Shown here: one piece after another, positions 63,465 to 64,000 of the stretch
How the letters are laid out: the number at the start of each line of letters is the position of its first letter
Position numbering within the stretch: position 1 is the first letter of the stretch
NCBI GenBank assembly: GCA_009103225.1
Contig: RHPI01002264.1
Coordinates: 269,727-333,726, forward strand
DNA from: Chlorokybus atmophyticus
Taxonomy: Eukaryota; Plantae; Mesostigma and Chlorokybus algae
Length of the DNA: 64,000 nucleotides
Direction of reading: 5' to 3'
Notes under the pieces: generated by a model
What the model was told of the DNA's origin: nothing
The model's database searches: none
The model's input: the letters and a program-made list of their open reading frames with translations, nothing else
Made by a program: the position numbers and the translations under genes

Positions 63465-64000
63465 GTGGTGGAACTAGGCGACCAACCGCTGAACGAAGCG
63501 ACTCTCCAATTCACGTGCATCAGCCATTCGCTGAGCGCACAAGGACAGCAGGTCGACAGCCAGTGCTCCCAGCCAGCCATGAGTCTCGATGGCTAAACGG
63601 ATGAATGTGTCGGAATTGGCGTGATCGCGGTACTTGGCCTTCTTCTCGCGCTCCGCTGCCATTACCCCCGCACTCGGACGTGGCCGGCAGGCCGTAACTG
63701 TCACGTCCAAGTAAATGCGACTGACACGACCTGACTCGCAAGCCACACTGTCCATACGCCTCCCCTGTTGCTCATTTCCCAACAGTGGTAGTACACCTGT
63801 CACCTCACATCTCACGGCGTAGCCCGCCTCCCGTAATAATCGCAGCGAAGGTGTCGCGCAGAGCGTCATGAGTAGCTATGCGGTGCCCGCCCCGCATGCA
63901 CATAAACAAGTGAGCATCCCTCACACTCAGCAGCCGATGACCACATGCACAGAAACGAATGTGCGCCAGCAGAGGGTGTGGTAAGGCCAAGATGTGACGC
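63465..64000 (-). mobile_element. RLE-type (CRE-like) non-LTR retrotransposon: CCHC knuckle and restriction-like endonuclease, continuing beyond the window
   Basis: CACGHRLLSVRDAHLFMC...THDALRD, RRMD...YLDVTV, AAEREKKAKY and LAIETHGWLG. Confidence 0.82.

Overview
Eukaryotic, intron-rich, microsatellite-rich DNA with scaffold gaps. The gene content (RLK/Pelle kinases, chromovirus and DNMT-bearing Gypsy elements) suggests a green alga, probably a streptophyte; this is inference and the species cannot be determined. The host genes form a cluster of receptor-like kinase (RLK/Pelle) paralogs. There is one complete RLK with a bacterial-PPC-like beta-sandwich ectodomain (25023-28103, +), two more paralogs of that ectodomain (292-1591, -, running off the window; 53623-54822, +, kinase-less with a mutated start), a C-type-lectin RLK (43683-47688, -) whose kinase cassette is nearly identical to that of the PPC-type RLK, and a separate kinase pseudogene (51270-52830). 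A FAD-dependent monooxygenase lies at about 16317-18630. About half of the window is transposon-derived: two copies of a chromodomain Ty3/Gypsy element with TSDs, a related solo LTR, a pogo-type DDE transposase, an RLE (CRE-like) non-LTR element split by a Gypsy insertion, and a probable tRNA-derived SINE. The window also holds a decayed ~9 kb Ty3/Gypsy element encoding a C5 DNA methyltransferase between protease and RT and a PHD finger after integrase, plus four more fragments of that family. The top leads are the DNMT+PHD retrotransposon and the ectodomain-shuffling RLK cluster with a shared promoter module. Exon and element boundaries were read by eye; those marked approximate may be off by tens of bases.
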